A stretch of 36,503 bases of DNA from Bipalium vagum (lineage: Eukaryota). Shown piece after piece: positions 1 through 13,100 of the stretch (position 1 is its first letter; every line of letters begins with the position of its first letter). The notes beneath the pieces are model-generated. The model did not search any database and had not been told where the DNA came from. It saw only the letters and a list, made by a program, of their open reading frames with translations. The DNA is taken from assembly GCA_037834085.1 (NCBI GenBank), contig JBBMKC010195052.1, forward strand, positions 1-36,503, given 5' to 3'. Both the position numbers and the translations under genes were made by a program.

Positions 1-72
<72 letters not shown>
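1..72 (+). repeat. (AAT)n microsatellite
   Basis: Perfect AAT run from the window start. Confidence 0.98.
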
Positions 73-719
73 TTTTTTTCATTAATTAGTTTATTGAGGT
101 GAGTTTTTTCTTTAAGCAGAAGATTATTTTTGCAATGATGCATTTCATGTTAAGACCTATAATCTCAGGCTGGATGCCACTGTTCCATGCCTTAGAGATA
201 TCAATGGTAGGTGGCCACTGTTGCCTGATGAAATAAAGTTATTTTCCATGTTGATTCGCAGCAACTGTTGCCTATGAATTAACAAATGACTGATCTGTGA
301 GCTCTTATCGGTCGAGTAAAGCCATAAATAGAGCTCATATATCTGCCTATTTGATTTTGAAACTAAGAGATCTGATAATATTTGATTTTGAAAAAGGTGA
401 ACTGACAATTTTTCTTTAAAAGGACCGTGAATATTGTTAGAGAACTAGAATTCTTAGAATTAATTATGAATTTTGGTTTTTAAGTCAACGTTGGGGATTC
501 ATTCTTGGTCTAGGAACCCAGAAGAGAATTGTTGACTATTAGTTGTAAGGTGCTTTGTGATTAAAATTAACATTCTCATGATTTTGTGATTTAAAAATAA
601 GTTTAATGTTACCATAGGTTATTTTATGTCATTTATCATAATTTTTGGGCTAATTATGATCACCATCATAGATAAGTTAATTTAATAATAACAAAATCTG
701 ATTATCCCACTAATTTTCG

Positions 720-1370
720 AATTTTTATTATTCTTGATTTCCTCTTTTGACAGACCATGTGACATATACTGAGCAAGTAACAAAGTAGCGTTTTCGGTTG
801 TTAAGGTTTTGCAATCAATCTTAGTTCTTTCAACGCGTCTGTGACAAATTCAACAATATGTGACCGGAATTTGTCATGCAATAATATCAGTTTTCCATGT
901 CTGGTAGCCAATTCTATTCGTTTTGCTCTGATTAATGTGATGTTCACAACAATTTCCAGCTACTGCTTCTGGTCCTTGCAGTGCGAAATTATCTTTTCGA
1001 TTTCATCAGAAAAATAAGACCATTTTTTAAAGAAAATTTCGTTTTGCGATGTATTTTGTTAGGCAGATCAGCAAATGATCTTTAGGTTGCCAAATAAAAT
1101 TTTCAGTGAATATAAAATGTTCCATAAATTTTCTTTTATCCATTTTAATCAAAACTTTGCAAATGGTTTTTTCTGTGGATATATAATGGTATCCATTTTC
1201 TTTTTCATATTATTTAAACAGCTTGAAATTACACGTTGAGTTACATTCATTGAGGTAGCACATTGTTATTTCATTGAATAGTTCAAGTAGGATTGGAGTT
1301 CATCGTCTTCAAATATATTTGGTTGTCCATGTTCTTTGTTGTTCATATCTAAACAATTCTCAAAAACCAA
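720..1370 (-). mobile_element. Degenerate mariner transposase relic (Mos1/mauritiana-like)
   Basis: Broken minus-strand translation: DMNNKEHGQPNIFEDDELQSYL, MNVTQRVISSCL, KWIP, KRIELATRHGKLILLHDKFRSH, MSHGLSKE. Stops and frameshifts; boundaries approximate. Confidence 0.75.
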
Positions 1371-3234
1371 TAGTTTAGTTTCTTGTTAAAGTACAAAGGT
1401 TGAAATTGAATAAATTAGTTCCGAATATCAGTTCATTGAATATTCCCGAGATCAATATTACTGAATTTATTAAAGTTTCTGTCAGTAATTTTGAAACACA
1501 AAACATTAAAATTAAATATTAACATACTTTTTATAAAAATACACCAGATTTTTCATTAAAAAATTTGAAAGTTAATACTGACTATTTTTTCCAAAGAAAC
1601 CGAGAGAATTATACATTAAAAAATAATAATCCAATGATAGATTGAGAAATAAAGTAAAAAATAAATTAATTGAGTTTTATTTGAAGTTATGATTAAACCA
1701 GATTAATTTTCGAGGAAAAATTACATCGCACTTAATATTTTTTACATTCAAATGAATATATTATTTACTTCATTTTCCAAAGCTATTTGAGTGAGCAAGG
1801 GTCTGTTTTGAAGCGAAGGGTAATACATATTAAAATGAGTGAGTGTTTTAATATTAATATTAATTAAAACATCAACAGAATTTAAAATTCAAAAAAAGGA
1901 ACATATTTATTCGCATTAATCAATAAAATTTTATTATTTTTGTTAAATCAATAATCCAAAATTATATTACCAATTTATTACTCTATAAGTCTATTAATTA
2001 AATTATTTGGATCGATTGTTTTATTCCTCCCGGATGAAAGAATAATTGTTTTTATATGGATTGAAAACTTAGTTGATTTCTTTGGATTATGGTTAGGGTG
2101 ACCTTTCGATGACTGCAGTGTTGGAAATTTATTCCAAAATGCGTAAATGCTGCAAAGAAAATATAATTTAGTCAATCCCGACAAAGATGCAAGCACTCAA
2201 AGAATCAAGTCTCTGTTTTTCTTTAAAAATAAAATGCACATTGAAAGATATTTATGGTCACGATATACAAAAACGTAAACCCAAGGAATTATTGAATTAG
2301 TGATTCTCTTTCATAATTAAAAAAATGATGATTTGATTGGGGGAAATAAAAAGGGTTGATCCAAAATTTTTTATTAATTTCGAATAATTTTTCCACAACA
2401 TAATAAATAATAATTTATTTATTATTAATTAATAAATTTATAAGAAACTCAAAATATAATAAATAATGACAAACACTTTTTAAAAATATATACTGATATA
2501 AATAAATAATACATTCGTCAATTTTTGTTCATTAGAAGCAAAACTGGAAACAGAAATTAGTCTCATTGTTTATAAAAATAGTTTTTATTCCCTGCTATAG
2601 GCTCCTCTATCAGTCTATTTCTGATGTGACAGGAGCAAAGATTTTGTGACTTGATTCTTGTTTTGTAGTATTAAAACAAAGCCCCATTCTAATAAATTGA
2701 AAGAAATTGATTCAGCAAAATGAATTAATTTGATGGGACACATTGATAAAATAGATATGGCATTGAAGAGATAGGTCAGTCATTATGAATAATGACAATA
2801 ATGCAAATAGTCTGAAAGTATAGGCAATCAGTCAACAATGGAAAGCTGTAAAGAACGGTGGCAATGACCACATTTGTGACTAAGTCATTTGTTGAAAATA
2901 ATTGTACTTGAAAGAAAAGGAAAAAAGATCTGAATTCGAAATTGAAGAGGTTTTTGTATTATAAGTACGTAATGCTCCAGAAATTTGTGTCACTCACATA
3001 TTCAATCATACATTTTTAGTCAGGTTATATTATTTAAAAAGGACTGAAAGTACTTCATGGGTACACCACATATAATTGAAAGTCGTCAAAAGCAAATATA
3101 AAAAATGTTCCATGGTGACAATCACATATCATACTTGATATGTTGCTATAATTACCTTGTTAAAGACCCAAGTTAACTCATTATCACTATTGTCAATTAT
3201 TATCGTTGAATGCTCAGATATTCTCAGTGGAATA

Positions 3235-4367
3235 TTAAGTTGGTCTAAAAATATTTATCCGGTCCTTAGTAAGTACTTTAGAATTCAAAACTCAGTTCAA
3301 ATAAAATTATATTAATCAAAATACAATCCTTTGGAATCCAGAAATTTCACTAACGGTACACAAGCACAACTGTATAACATTTCGAACTTCTTAGTGATAA
3401 AATAACCGAAAACGTTTTTTACATCCTACCCACACTTGAATATTTCTCATTGAATGAAAAATAAGAATTTATCGAGTAATGTTTGGGAGGTGTGGTCTAG
3501 TGTTTCCATGAAGCAAAAATGGACTTTTTCAATTGAATAATTTTTATTGTCACTATCGACGTTTTTTGTTCATTACATCTATTTCTTGGTATACATCTCA
3601 GCAGTAATAATTCCACCAGAATTCTGAAAGTAGTGATGAATGAGACCTATAGCAGATCACTCAGCAGTTACCAAAATTCTTTTCTGCTACGACACTGGCT
3701 TAGTAAAGTCTTGAGAACATTGATCACCATCCAACAAATGAGCAAATATGCGTCGGTTATCAAACAACAGCAAAATTTCACTGCACAGTGCTATAAGGTA
3801 AAAAAACTAATTATTGATTAGTGTTCTCATAAGTCAAAAATTCAAAAGGCGATTTTGTTATTTTAGTCAAAACATGTTGTATCTATTTGTCCAGGTTCTT
3901 AACCTTTTCAATTTTATTCAAGTATCAAGTTGTCGATGTAATATGATCCACATTGATAGCTTTCTGTACGGTTTCCTGGGGGATAGGTTCGATAATTGTT
4001 TTTAACTGAACATCATCAACTTTAGATGACGTCCACTAAACTGTTTATCTTCGAGTCGAGTATTGTCGGCTCGACACTTTTCAAACCATTTACTTCAGAA
4101 ACGTTATGAGGTTGTTTGGTCAGCCCACTCCAGAAATACGTTTCTACTCGCTTCCACAGTATTGAGACCGTTTGAATTCATGTAACACAATGGTCCGATT
4201 TTCTGGTTTTGAAAATTGTTTTCAGATTTAAACCAATGATTTAAACAAGTAAAATTTTTTCGGAAAACACACTTTTAATTTATGTATAACAATTAATCTG
4301 AAGGAATTAACAGGAACAAAATAAACTAATAAAAATGAAAAAGAATATTATTTGTTCACCAACCAAA
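3235..4367 (-). mobile_element. Near full-length degenerate mariner (cecropia/Hsmar1-like) with imperfect TIRs and flanking TA
   Basis: TA-TTAAGTTGGTCTAAAAATA at left versus reverse complement TA-TTTGGTTGGTGAACAAATA at right. Relic peptides KWFEKCRADNTRLEDKQFSGR, LNKIEKVKNLDK, PFLLHGNTRPH. Confidence 0.78.
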
Positions 4368-4776
4368 TAAAAAATTGGGTTTAAATATTTTTAAAAAATA
4401 AATAAAAAATGATCTCAAGACTTTGCATATCTTAGAGTTCGAAAAGGAAAATATCATTAAATACATCCTGTCAGTTCTACGGGATGAACTAATATAAAAT
4501 CAATGCTGTAAACAAATGTTAGAAACAGGAGATGTACTTCGTCCGTCATATTTTTCACAGATTCAAGTTCATAATTTACACATAACCAAACGTTATTATT
4601 AATAAGACTACAGCAAAATGTTAATATCAATTTTAATAATTGCTTTCGGCAAAAGAACTCTAGAGTTTCCATCGAACATTGTAGATAATCTATCATTCGG
4701 CACTTTTGAACTTTGACTATATTAATCCATTTTCATCCATATGAAATAACACCGTCAGAATCATTTAGTTTATTCT

Positions 4777-4777
<1 letters not shown>

Positions 4778-4852
<75 letters not shown>

Positions 4853-4860
4853 CATTATTA
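4778..4860 (+). repeat. (ATT)n microsatellite
   Basis: Near-perfect ATT run. Confidence 0.98.
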
Positions 4861-5324
4861 CTCTTATTATTTTATTTTTAAATATTTAACATTTAAAAGA
4901 ATTAATAAATTTAAAAAATTAAAAAAAGTGAAATAAATTATTGATTTGTTATCAATTAAAATTTTATTTCTAATAGGGGGAATGATAAGTTAATATAATA
5001 TATGTATACGCTCCAACAATAGTAATCTACAAATCAACTAGTAAAAGAATAATAAAGATCTCTGATCTATCTGATCCAGATTGGATAAAATAATTTCAGA
5101 ATAGATATTAACTTAAAATCAGATTGGTCCATAAAAATGTTCTGGAAGTATTAGTGAAGCTTCGATGAGAAGGTTACCTCATGCAACCAATTAATCAGAT
5201 TAATGAATGAATCAGGTTTAATGTCGCAAAATTAAATTATTAATATTTGAAGCTATATAAGTTAAACGAGAACAACAAAATATATCTAAGATCTACAGAT
5301 ATTGATTTATAATTTAACATAAGT

Positions 5325-6343
5325 TTATACACCATTCTTCGAAGTTTGATAGAGTTTTCTCTTAGAGTTTCTGAATAGATTCAAACCGTGTTTTTCGGAA
5401 ACTCTTTCTGTCATGTCAATCAATTTTCTTTTAAACTTTGGTATTTAAGACGGAATTTTGCTGAATTTCTTCATTTCCTACTTGCACAAAGACCAAAATG
5501 TTTCAATCGGCCGATTCCGAGGCCTATTTGAGCTGTTGTGTTTTTCTGAGACATATTCAATATTTTCTTTAACAAATTCTTTCTGAACAAATTCTGCATA
5601 GTGATATCTTGCGAGATCAGGCCAAAACAGGATATCATGATTTTGTTTGTAATTGTTGATGAATGGAATGAGAATCTTCTGAAAACACTCTTTCAAATAA
5701 ATTCCAATAAATTGTAATAATTTGTAATTGTTGATGAATGGAATGAGAATCTTCTGAAAACACTCTTTCAAATAAATTCCAATAAATTCCAATCTTCTTA
5801 AATAATGTTACTTTAGGCTTAATTTTATGAATAACATTTTTTTAATGGCCATTTAATACTCTGTAATATTTATTGCCTGACACTTGGCTGGGATCGAGCG
5901 TACAATATGTCTCATTGTCCATTATTATAAAATTGTTTCCACCGCTTGACACAACACTCCTGTACAACTTTTTGCACGCTTTTTGAGCTCTCTTTGGTTG
6001 ATCATTTTGATATTTTGGAAAAACTGTCTTCTTTCTTATCACAATATCGCTGGTTTGTGAAATTTTCGTTGATCTGGCCACATTTCTGATAAAAATTGAT
6101 GGATTGTCGATGTACTTCTTTCTGATAACCATCAAAATCTTATGAGTTAAAGCATTTGGTTCGGGGCCAGCATTTTTAGAATACGTTATTGTACCAAACT
6201 TCTGATAACGTTCAAGTATCCGTTCAATTGTCCTCCTGACTAAACTTTACATTAAAAAAATGATTTATTGTCATATTCCTTTTGTCATTGTAATGCTTGA
6301 AAAAACTGATTACACAGAACGCGCCTTTGAATTTAGAAACCAT
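5325..6343 (-). mobile_element. Decayed IS630-Tc1-mariner transposase, DD37E (ITmD37E-like) type
   Basis: ORFs 5842-6135 and 5478-5792 carry IIMDNETY, ILFWPDLARYHY and RPIETFW; 37 residues lie between the second D and E. N-terminal HTH-like segment from the ATG at 6343. Stops, frameshifts and an internal deletion. Confidence 0.85.
5646..5788. repeat. 68-bp perfect direct repeat, period 75 bp, inside the DD37E relic
   Basis: 5646-5713 equals 5721-5788; duplicates peptide FIGIYLKECFQKILIPFINNYK. Confidence 0.95.
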
Positions 6344-6559
6344 CTCTGAACCGTTTCAGTTGTCACATTTTTTATTTTATTAATTTATTTTAACAAATAA
6401 AACTGATATATCAACAATTAATATTTTCCGGATGACCTAATACACAGAACACAGAAGAAGGAACATAACACTGAAACCTTTTTAGTTTTTATTAATGAAA
6501 TAATTCAATCACTTGAAGAAAAAGGATTAAATGATTTGATATTGGTTTCCATTCTACTA

Positions 6560-6790
6560 TAAAAAACACTGCTTCAACAAGTGGAAACATTTTCTTTTAC
6601 CTCCTACCTTATTATATAAATTCAGTGCTTGGAAGGAAAAAAGGTAATGGAATCGTTGTAATCTAGAAGAATGACAAAAAGCAATGATATCAACCTCCAA
6701 TGATATTACAAGATAAAAGTGCCAAGGGTTCTTTAGAAATATGCAAAGATACCTTTTCAAAGGCGTTGCAAGAGAATAATTTTAAATTGT
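6560..6790 (+). mobile_element. Possible Tc1/IS630-like transposase C-terminal relic
   Basis: Plus-strand fragments FLLPP, FSAWK and MISTSNDITR*KCQGFFRNMQRYLFKGVARE resemble the FLPPYSP..FSAW..DI....CQGW.RH..R.F..C.ARE tail. Confidence 0.45.
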
Positions 6791-7031
6791 AAATAAAACA
6801 TTTAATGATTTCAATTTGATTTTCATTGGTGGATTAAATATTTTGAAAAAGAGGATTAAATGTTTCTGAAAGCCTGTAACAGTCATGTTATCCAAAATAA
6901 TCAATAAATTTTTTTTGAAAGGTTCAGAAAGGTATTAAAAAGATATTAATAATTCATCATTTTGAGTGCAGCTCAATGGAATTACATTGAAAATCTTATT
7001 AGTAATTACAAATAACTGGTTTGGAAATAAC

Positions 7032-7103
7032 CTGAAATTATGGTGAGACTGGAGGTTGGTGTTAGAAAACGATGCTTGGGTCATTGTTCCAATGATGTAC
7101 GGT
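7032..7103 (-). CDS. NAV2: Navigator exon: AAA+ sensor region (PYIIGTMTQASFSNTNLQSHHNFR)
   Basis: 72 nt after a 46-nt intron; acceptor ttttacag|, donor AG|gttatt; matches PYIIGTMNQ....NLQLHHNFR. Confidence 0.92.
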
Positions 7104-10100
7104 CTGTAAAAGTCAAATCATTGTTATAAAACGACTACGAAATTCCTACCGATTTTGAATATTTGAGCTCAGGAAACTGTCAAAAATCTCTGCCAGAGAA
7201 TTGACATGATGCAAATTATCAAGGATCACCACCACTGGCGTAATTCGGCATCCAGTATTTCTAGATTGGCTAGCGTCTGATGCCAGTTGATGGTGATCGG
7301 CTATTGTTGATAAATATGTCTTCAGTTCTTTGTTAGACTTATGATCCACAGTGAACATGGCCAGAGTAGAAACGGAAACCTCGTGTCCGTGACTAGAAAA
7401 ACATTATTACTATTATAAATGTTGAATGCAGATATTTATTCATTATTTATTAGAATTCCCCCAGAAACTATGTCAATATCAGTGCCTAGCCCATAATTCA
7501 ACCAGATCTGTCTCTGCAATATGCTTTATTTGGGAAGACTTTTCCATCTGTAAATATTATACTTATGGGTGCAGATGTACTGATCGATAATTATGAGGAC
7601 ATTATTCCGCATTGTCATTATAAATTGTTTGATGTCATCATTGTTGACGACTTCAGAGAAAGTGGTTTTAGAAAATTGTCTCTATGGATACAGTGCGATA
7701 AACAAGTACAGTAGTAATGAGTCTGGATGTCATATCAAAATCTCGTAAATAATCGACTGAATGTGGTAATAAGACTTTAAAAATTCATGTTATTGTGATT
7801 ATAAAGCAAATTTTATATAAAATAAAATGAAGAATCTTAAAGTATGGCAATTCAGATTTTTTTTATAGAGATTTGTTTAAATATAGATAAATGTGATATC
7901 ATAGGCAAACTTAAAATTCTCAATTAAAACAACGATACTTAGTTAAACAAATTTATTATTATTATTATTTTAATTATTAGTATATTCATTATAATGTTAT
8001 TAGTTTATAAAACCAGAAAATTCTAATTGTACTTTATAAAGTTTACAATTATAATTGTGACATTAATTACGTTAATTACATCTGAAAAAATCAAATACAA
8101 TTAAAAAATCAATATGTTAAAAGGGAAAAGGATTGATTACATATAGGAAAAAAGTGTTCTATTTTCTAAAGTTAGTGTTTTCAAAAACAACTAAAGCCTT
8201 TGAAGAAAGGAAAAAAGTAAATGTCTAAGTCTAAGAACGGTTCCTGCCAAGTTAGTTTTTAAAATTTTCGAAGGTCTCAGAGATATGATTATTTTTATAA
8301 TTATTTATTTATTTTATTTTTATTTTCATAATAATAATATCACTTTCAAGATCATATAATGTAAAAAGACTAAAGAATACTTTGGCTATAATTTTGATAT
8401 AATTTTTTCCACGAAAGTTCTCAAGCGAATCGGAATTTCTCATCCGTGTCGATAAATGATATCAAGATTTCATAGTACAAGTTGGAAGTCTGTCAAGTCT
8501 GAGGTATTAATGAACTATTTAACTGTGTCTTATTGTGGTCAGTTTGAAGTCAGAAATGTTATCATCAATCAATGAGAGAACATAGATTAATTAGATTATA
8601 TTTTGTCAGTCCATAAATTAGACCGTCTGGAATTAAGCCAAACTTGATGAATGTGGCTGTGGATGACTGTATGAAACCTACGGGTTTCCTGAGTAATTTC
8701 GACTCCTATAAGGCCCACTTGAAAAATATCTATATCGTTCATACTAAAATTCTTAAAATTGAATCTTTCTCTTTTTAAGCACTTTCTTATTGAATAGTTA
8801 AGGCAAATTCCAGGATTTCAGCTGAGTTGTTTTCATTAGGGACTTATGACAACATCAACAATAAAAAAGAAAATATAAATTTTAAGAAGATAAAAAAAGT
8901 GGTAAGTTCTGAGTATCCTTCTTATCTTAAAATCGTTAGACCTCTTGTCATCTTTTTCGATCATTTTCCATTTGTTTGTTACATTATTTATATTTGACTG
9001 AAACATTTTTGAAATCACAAATAAATCATTAAAATATGAGCGAAATTTTACAGCAGACTTTTGAAATATTAAAAAAGTTGTTAATGATAATCACTTATGC
9101 TTACCGAATAATCAAATGCTTTGCCAGTTTATTAGCCAAATAGGTCTTTCCAGTTCCCGAAGGTCCACATAAAATTATCAATCTATGCTCCAATAAAAGT
9201 GATATATATCGATGTAAAACTGTTTTGGGAATTAAAGTGTCAAAGGCCAATGCATCTAAGACAGGGTTGTTGAGCTTTGCAGACCTGAGAACAAGTTTTA
9301 TTTGGTTAGATTCGCTGTCCAAATCTGCAGTATTAATATATTGATAAGGTTTTATGACATCGGATTCATTCTGGTTATCGTCTCCATCCATAAATCTATT
9401 ATGTAAATTCCCAAGACTATACTGGTCTATACTATCTGAGTTAATACCAAGATTGGTGAATGGATCATTGAAGTTCAGATATTCTTTAAACAGACATTTG
9501 ATATTAATATCTAACTGAGACCACGTAGAGCTTTCTGATATGTGACATGAACCAATCAAGACTTTATTGGTTATATGTTGAACACTTGCAGCGGAAATAA
9601 TAACATCATCGAAGAAGACATAAACCCCTATACTGGTTTCGTTGGGACTGAAAAATTTGAACAAATGACCTGAAAACAATATAATGTTATTAATGTGATT
9701 TAATTTTAACTATTTCTAGCACAAAGTTAAGACTTCGTGAGGACTTAAAACCATTTTTAAAAGCAATGACCAAAATATTTAGGAAATGCTTAGAAACTTT
9801 GGAAACAAATATAAATAATACGATTAAATAAATTAACAGAACAGTGTTAAAATTAAAAATTTGTTTTATACTTGGTACAGGCACGAAGATCGTTTTTTAT
9901 GATTTTTATTTTTCCAATATTTTTTAATATTAAAAAAAGTAAATTTATTTTAATTTTTGGAAAATTTTTCATTAATTAAACTGAGTGAGATCTAATAGAC
10001 GTGCATAGCTTTCTTTCTTCAGAACCTTCATGTATATAATATAAGTTGATGCAGTTTAAATGCAGGTTTTTGATGTTTTGTTTTTAGGTCAAGTTCAGAT

Positions 10101-13100
10101 CAATAATTTATATATCATTTGTAAGCTTGTCTTATGGTCTGTATAAGTGTTTGTTCAAAATTTATTGTAAGTATTTTTTCTGTCAATAATTTGGATTTTA
10201 TTCACAGATGTCGAAATGCGTTTTCCGCAATATTTTCTTCTATGATTACAAGCTTGGGCGTAGTATAGCTGAAACAGCTCTAAACATCAACAAAGTTTGG
10301 GGTTGAGTCAAGTGTCAAAGAATGTACGGTGCAACCTTAGTATCAGACCTTTTGTTCTGGCAATACCAGCCTCGATGATGAGTCTCATGCCAGACGTCCA
10401 TCAACTATTGTTAATGAGAAATATTTACTGTATTGTATTAATCAATATAGTTTACATAACACAAAAGGAAAGTGTCTGGTCTATCCTTTGGTCTCTCCTT
10501 ACAGTTCGAAACACTCTTTCAAAACATATAATGACAACTAACTCACTTAATTAATCTCCAGTGCCATAATAAATGTTAAAAAAATAATTTCAGTATCTTC
10601 ATGGAAGTAATAAAGTCAAAATTGGCACCTTACATTTTAAAAATAAAAATCCTTAAAAATGTTATCAATGTAAAAAAAAAGCAAACAAAAATCAAAGCTG
10701 GTTGCTGCTACAAGAAAAATAAAATAAAATTTCTTTTGAGTGAGGATTTGAGCAAACAGAACAAATAAAACCAAGACGTCAAACCACAGATCTTCAGTCT
10801 ATTTTTAGGCCAAAGGCTTTAGTGATTTAAATTGTCTAAAAAGACCTGAGAAAAATGAAAAAATAATATTTTTTCAAAAGATAATATAATAATAATTATA
10901 ACCAATAAAATAAATAATTGATAATATATCAATATTATCTCCGTCAAATAAATAATCAGTTCTCATATTTATTTGTATCAAGACTAAAATAACCGTGAAT
11001 TCTGAGGACTCTAAAAATTATATATTTATATTTAACTAATCTTCAAATAATTATTATAAGAATATCTTTGTGTCTATGAAAGTATTAGGAGAGAAATAAT
11101 CCTTTTAAAATCGAGTCAGATCTGTAATATAAAAATATTATTTTNNNNNNNNNNNNNNNNNNNNNNNNNNNNNNNNNNNNNNNNNNNNNNNNNNNNNNNN
11201 NNNNNNNNNNNNNNNNNNNNNNNNNNNNNNNNNNNNNNNNNNNNNNNNNNNNNNNNNNNNNNNNNNNNNNNNNAATGTCTTGAGAATATTTTAACAAGAG
11301 TCTTTGACTTAGTTTTGGTATCGTAGTTACGTGTCGGCTAAAATAAATAAATTGATGCATATTTAGGTACTTTTGATATAAATTTCCTTTTTAAAAGTAT
11401 TTTCTCTCCAAATGAGATGGTTAAGCAAAACTGAGATTATATTTGGAGGTATTGATGGTTAGATACCTTAGATCTCGGAAAAATTAAAATTTCAAAAACT
11501 CCGATTCAAAGAAGGAAAAAGGAAATAAAATGATTTTATCGAAACAAAATCCGATTTTAAAAAGTTTTTCTTTGACTAATGACCCAATGAAATTTAAATA
11601 GCAAACCGTGAACCTACTGTAATGTTCAATTGAAGTACTGTTGTCATCAGGATAGTAATTTGATACTTTCTTTGTAACTGATGATTTGACTCCATTGCCC
11701 GTGGCATTTGAGTCCTCATCCCCAGTATTATAACTGGTTTCATCTGTTGGATCCGATTCTATTCTCACAAGTCTCTGCAGTCTTTCATTATCAGCTCGAA
11801 GGTTAGACATTTCACACCTCATTGCATTCAATAACTCCTTGAGTTGTTCTAATTGGTGAGCGCTTGACAATGCTTCTAACTGGGCGTCTGTTAATTTCAG
11901 ATCTCTTTCTTGAAGCTGCTTTTTCAAATGTTCAATAGTGTTACTAGAAGCATCCAGTATAAAACTGCCATAAGACTACTGTAACATAAATAGAAATTAT
12001 AAAATATCAACTTTTTCGCAACAGTTTGATTGTCATTTGAAACTTGTGTTGTATAGTCGATCGGTTGATGGACATAATAATCACTTTCGATGTCTGACAT
12101 CGAAATATCTGGGTGTTTTAATTTCTTTTTAAAGGCCTTGCCAAGAGAGCTTCGAAACTGAAAATCATGTCTTAAACTTTCTATAGTATTGATTTATAAC
12201 TTACCCATCCTTTCTTCATTTGTTTCTTCAAATGATCTGCATCAGATGAGCTACTTATGTCGGTGCTCACTAAACTTGTGCAAGACTCTGATGATCCTAT
12301 TAGTCCTATACCATTAATGGTATCGTTTTCCGATTCATTTTTATTTGTTTCATTGTCCTTTCCTCTTCCTAAGGAGATCTGAAAATTCGTTGGACTAACA
12401 GTAGTGCTAAGACTTCGACCTAATGGTACAGTTGGATTTGAATCATTACCATTATTTTGTATCACTGTTTGATCGCTACAATTGAACCCATGCTGCTTGA
12501 ATGACTCGATAATACTCCGCAGTTGCAGTAATTCGTGGTCCTAATTTATCTAAGGTTTTTAAAATCAGTATTTAGTCTATACCTTTCTTTCAGAAGTATC
12601 TGACAACTTTTGTAGTCTTTCAGTCATATTCATGAGACTTAGTTCAAAAGCGGAAGCCATGTGAGCCTGGAAAAAAGAAATTTCGTAAACCAATAGTATT
12701 AAAGTTAATAAGCAATTTTAACCTAACTTGTAATTCATATAATAAAAAATTAAAAAATCCAAAACCTGGACAGTGTTATTATTAATGCCTACTGAAAACT
12801 GAGCACATTCAACAAGATTTTTTGCTTAGGTTATCAAAAAAATTCATAAAAATTTAACCAATACGAGAACAAGTCTGACTCCACCGTTTTTAGGGTTCAG
12901 AAAATCAAAGTCAAAGGAAAAAACCAAATGAAGTTTTTATTACAAATGATTTCCATCGTGACAACATTTTCCCAAACTTTGGATAATTTTTGAATTTCAT
13001 TATGGGAAAATTGAAGATGTTTCAGCGAAATATCATCCTCTAGCCATTTTTGACCATTTCCATAATTTTTGAAGCTCTGTTCAGACAGAAAGAACGTGTG

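Noticed and set aside
157-408. 83-aa minus ORF as a navigator 3' exon or Penelope GIY-YIG relic
   Set aside because: No match to the expected WVLCANH/PVKGFL continuation; the resemblance to GIY-YIG is too faint to support.
1-7031. Remaining C-terminal navigator exons
   Set aside because: Not found by eye in the minus-strand sequence. The region is mostly TE relics, so the exons probably lie left of the window; this is not taken as evidence of truncation.
7480-7760. Possible BEL/Pao protease-region relic (IILMGADV)
   Set aside because: Single weak motif only.
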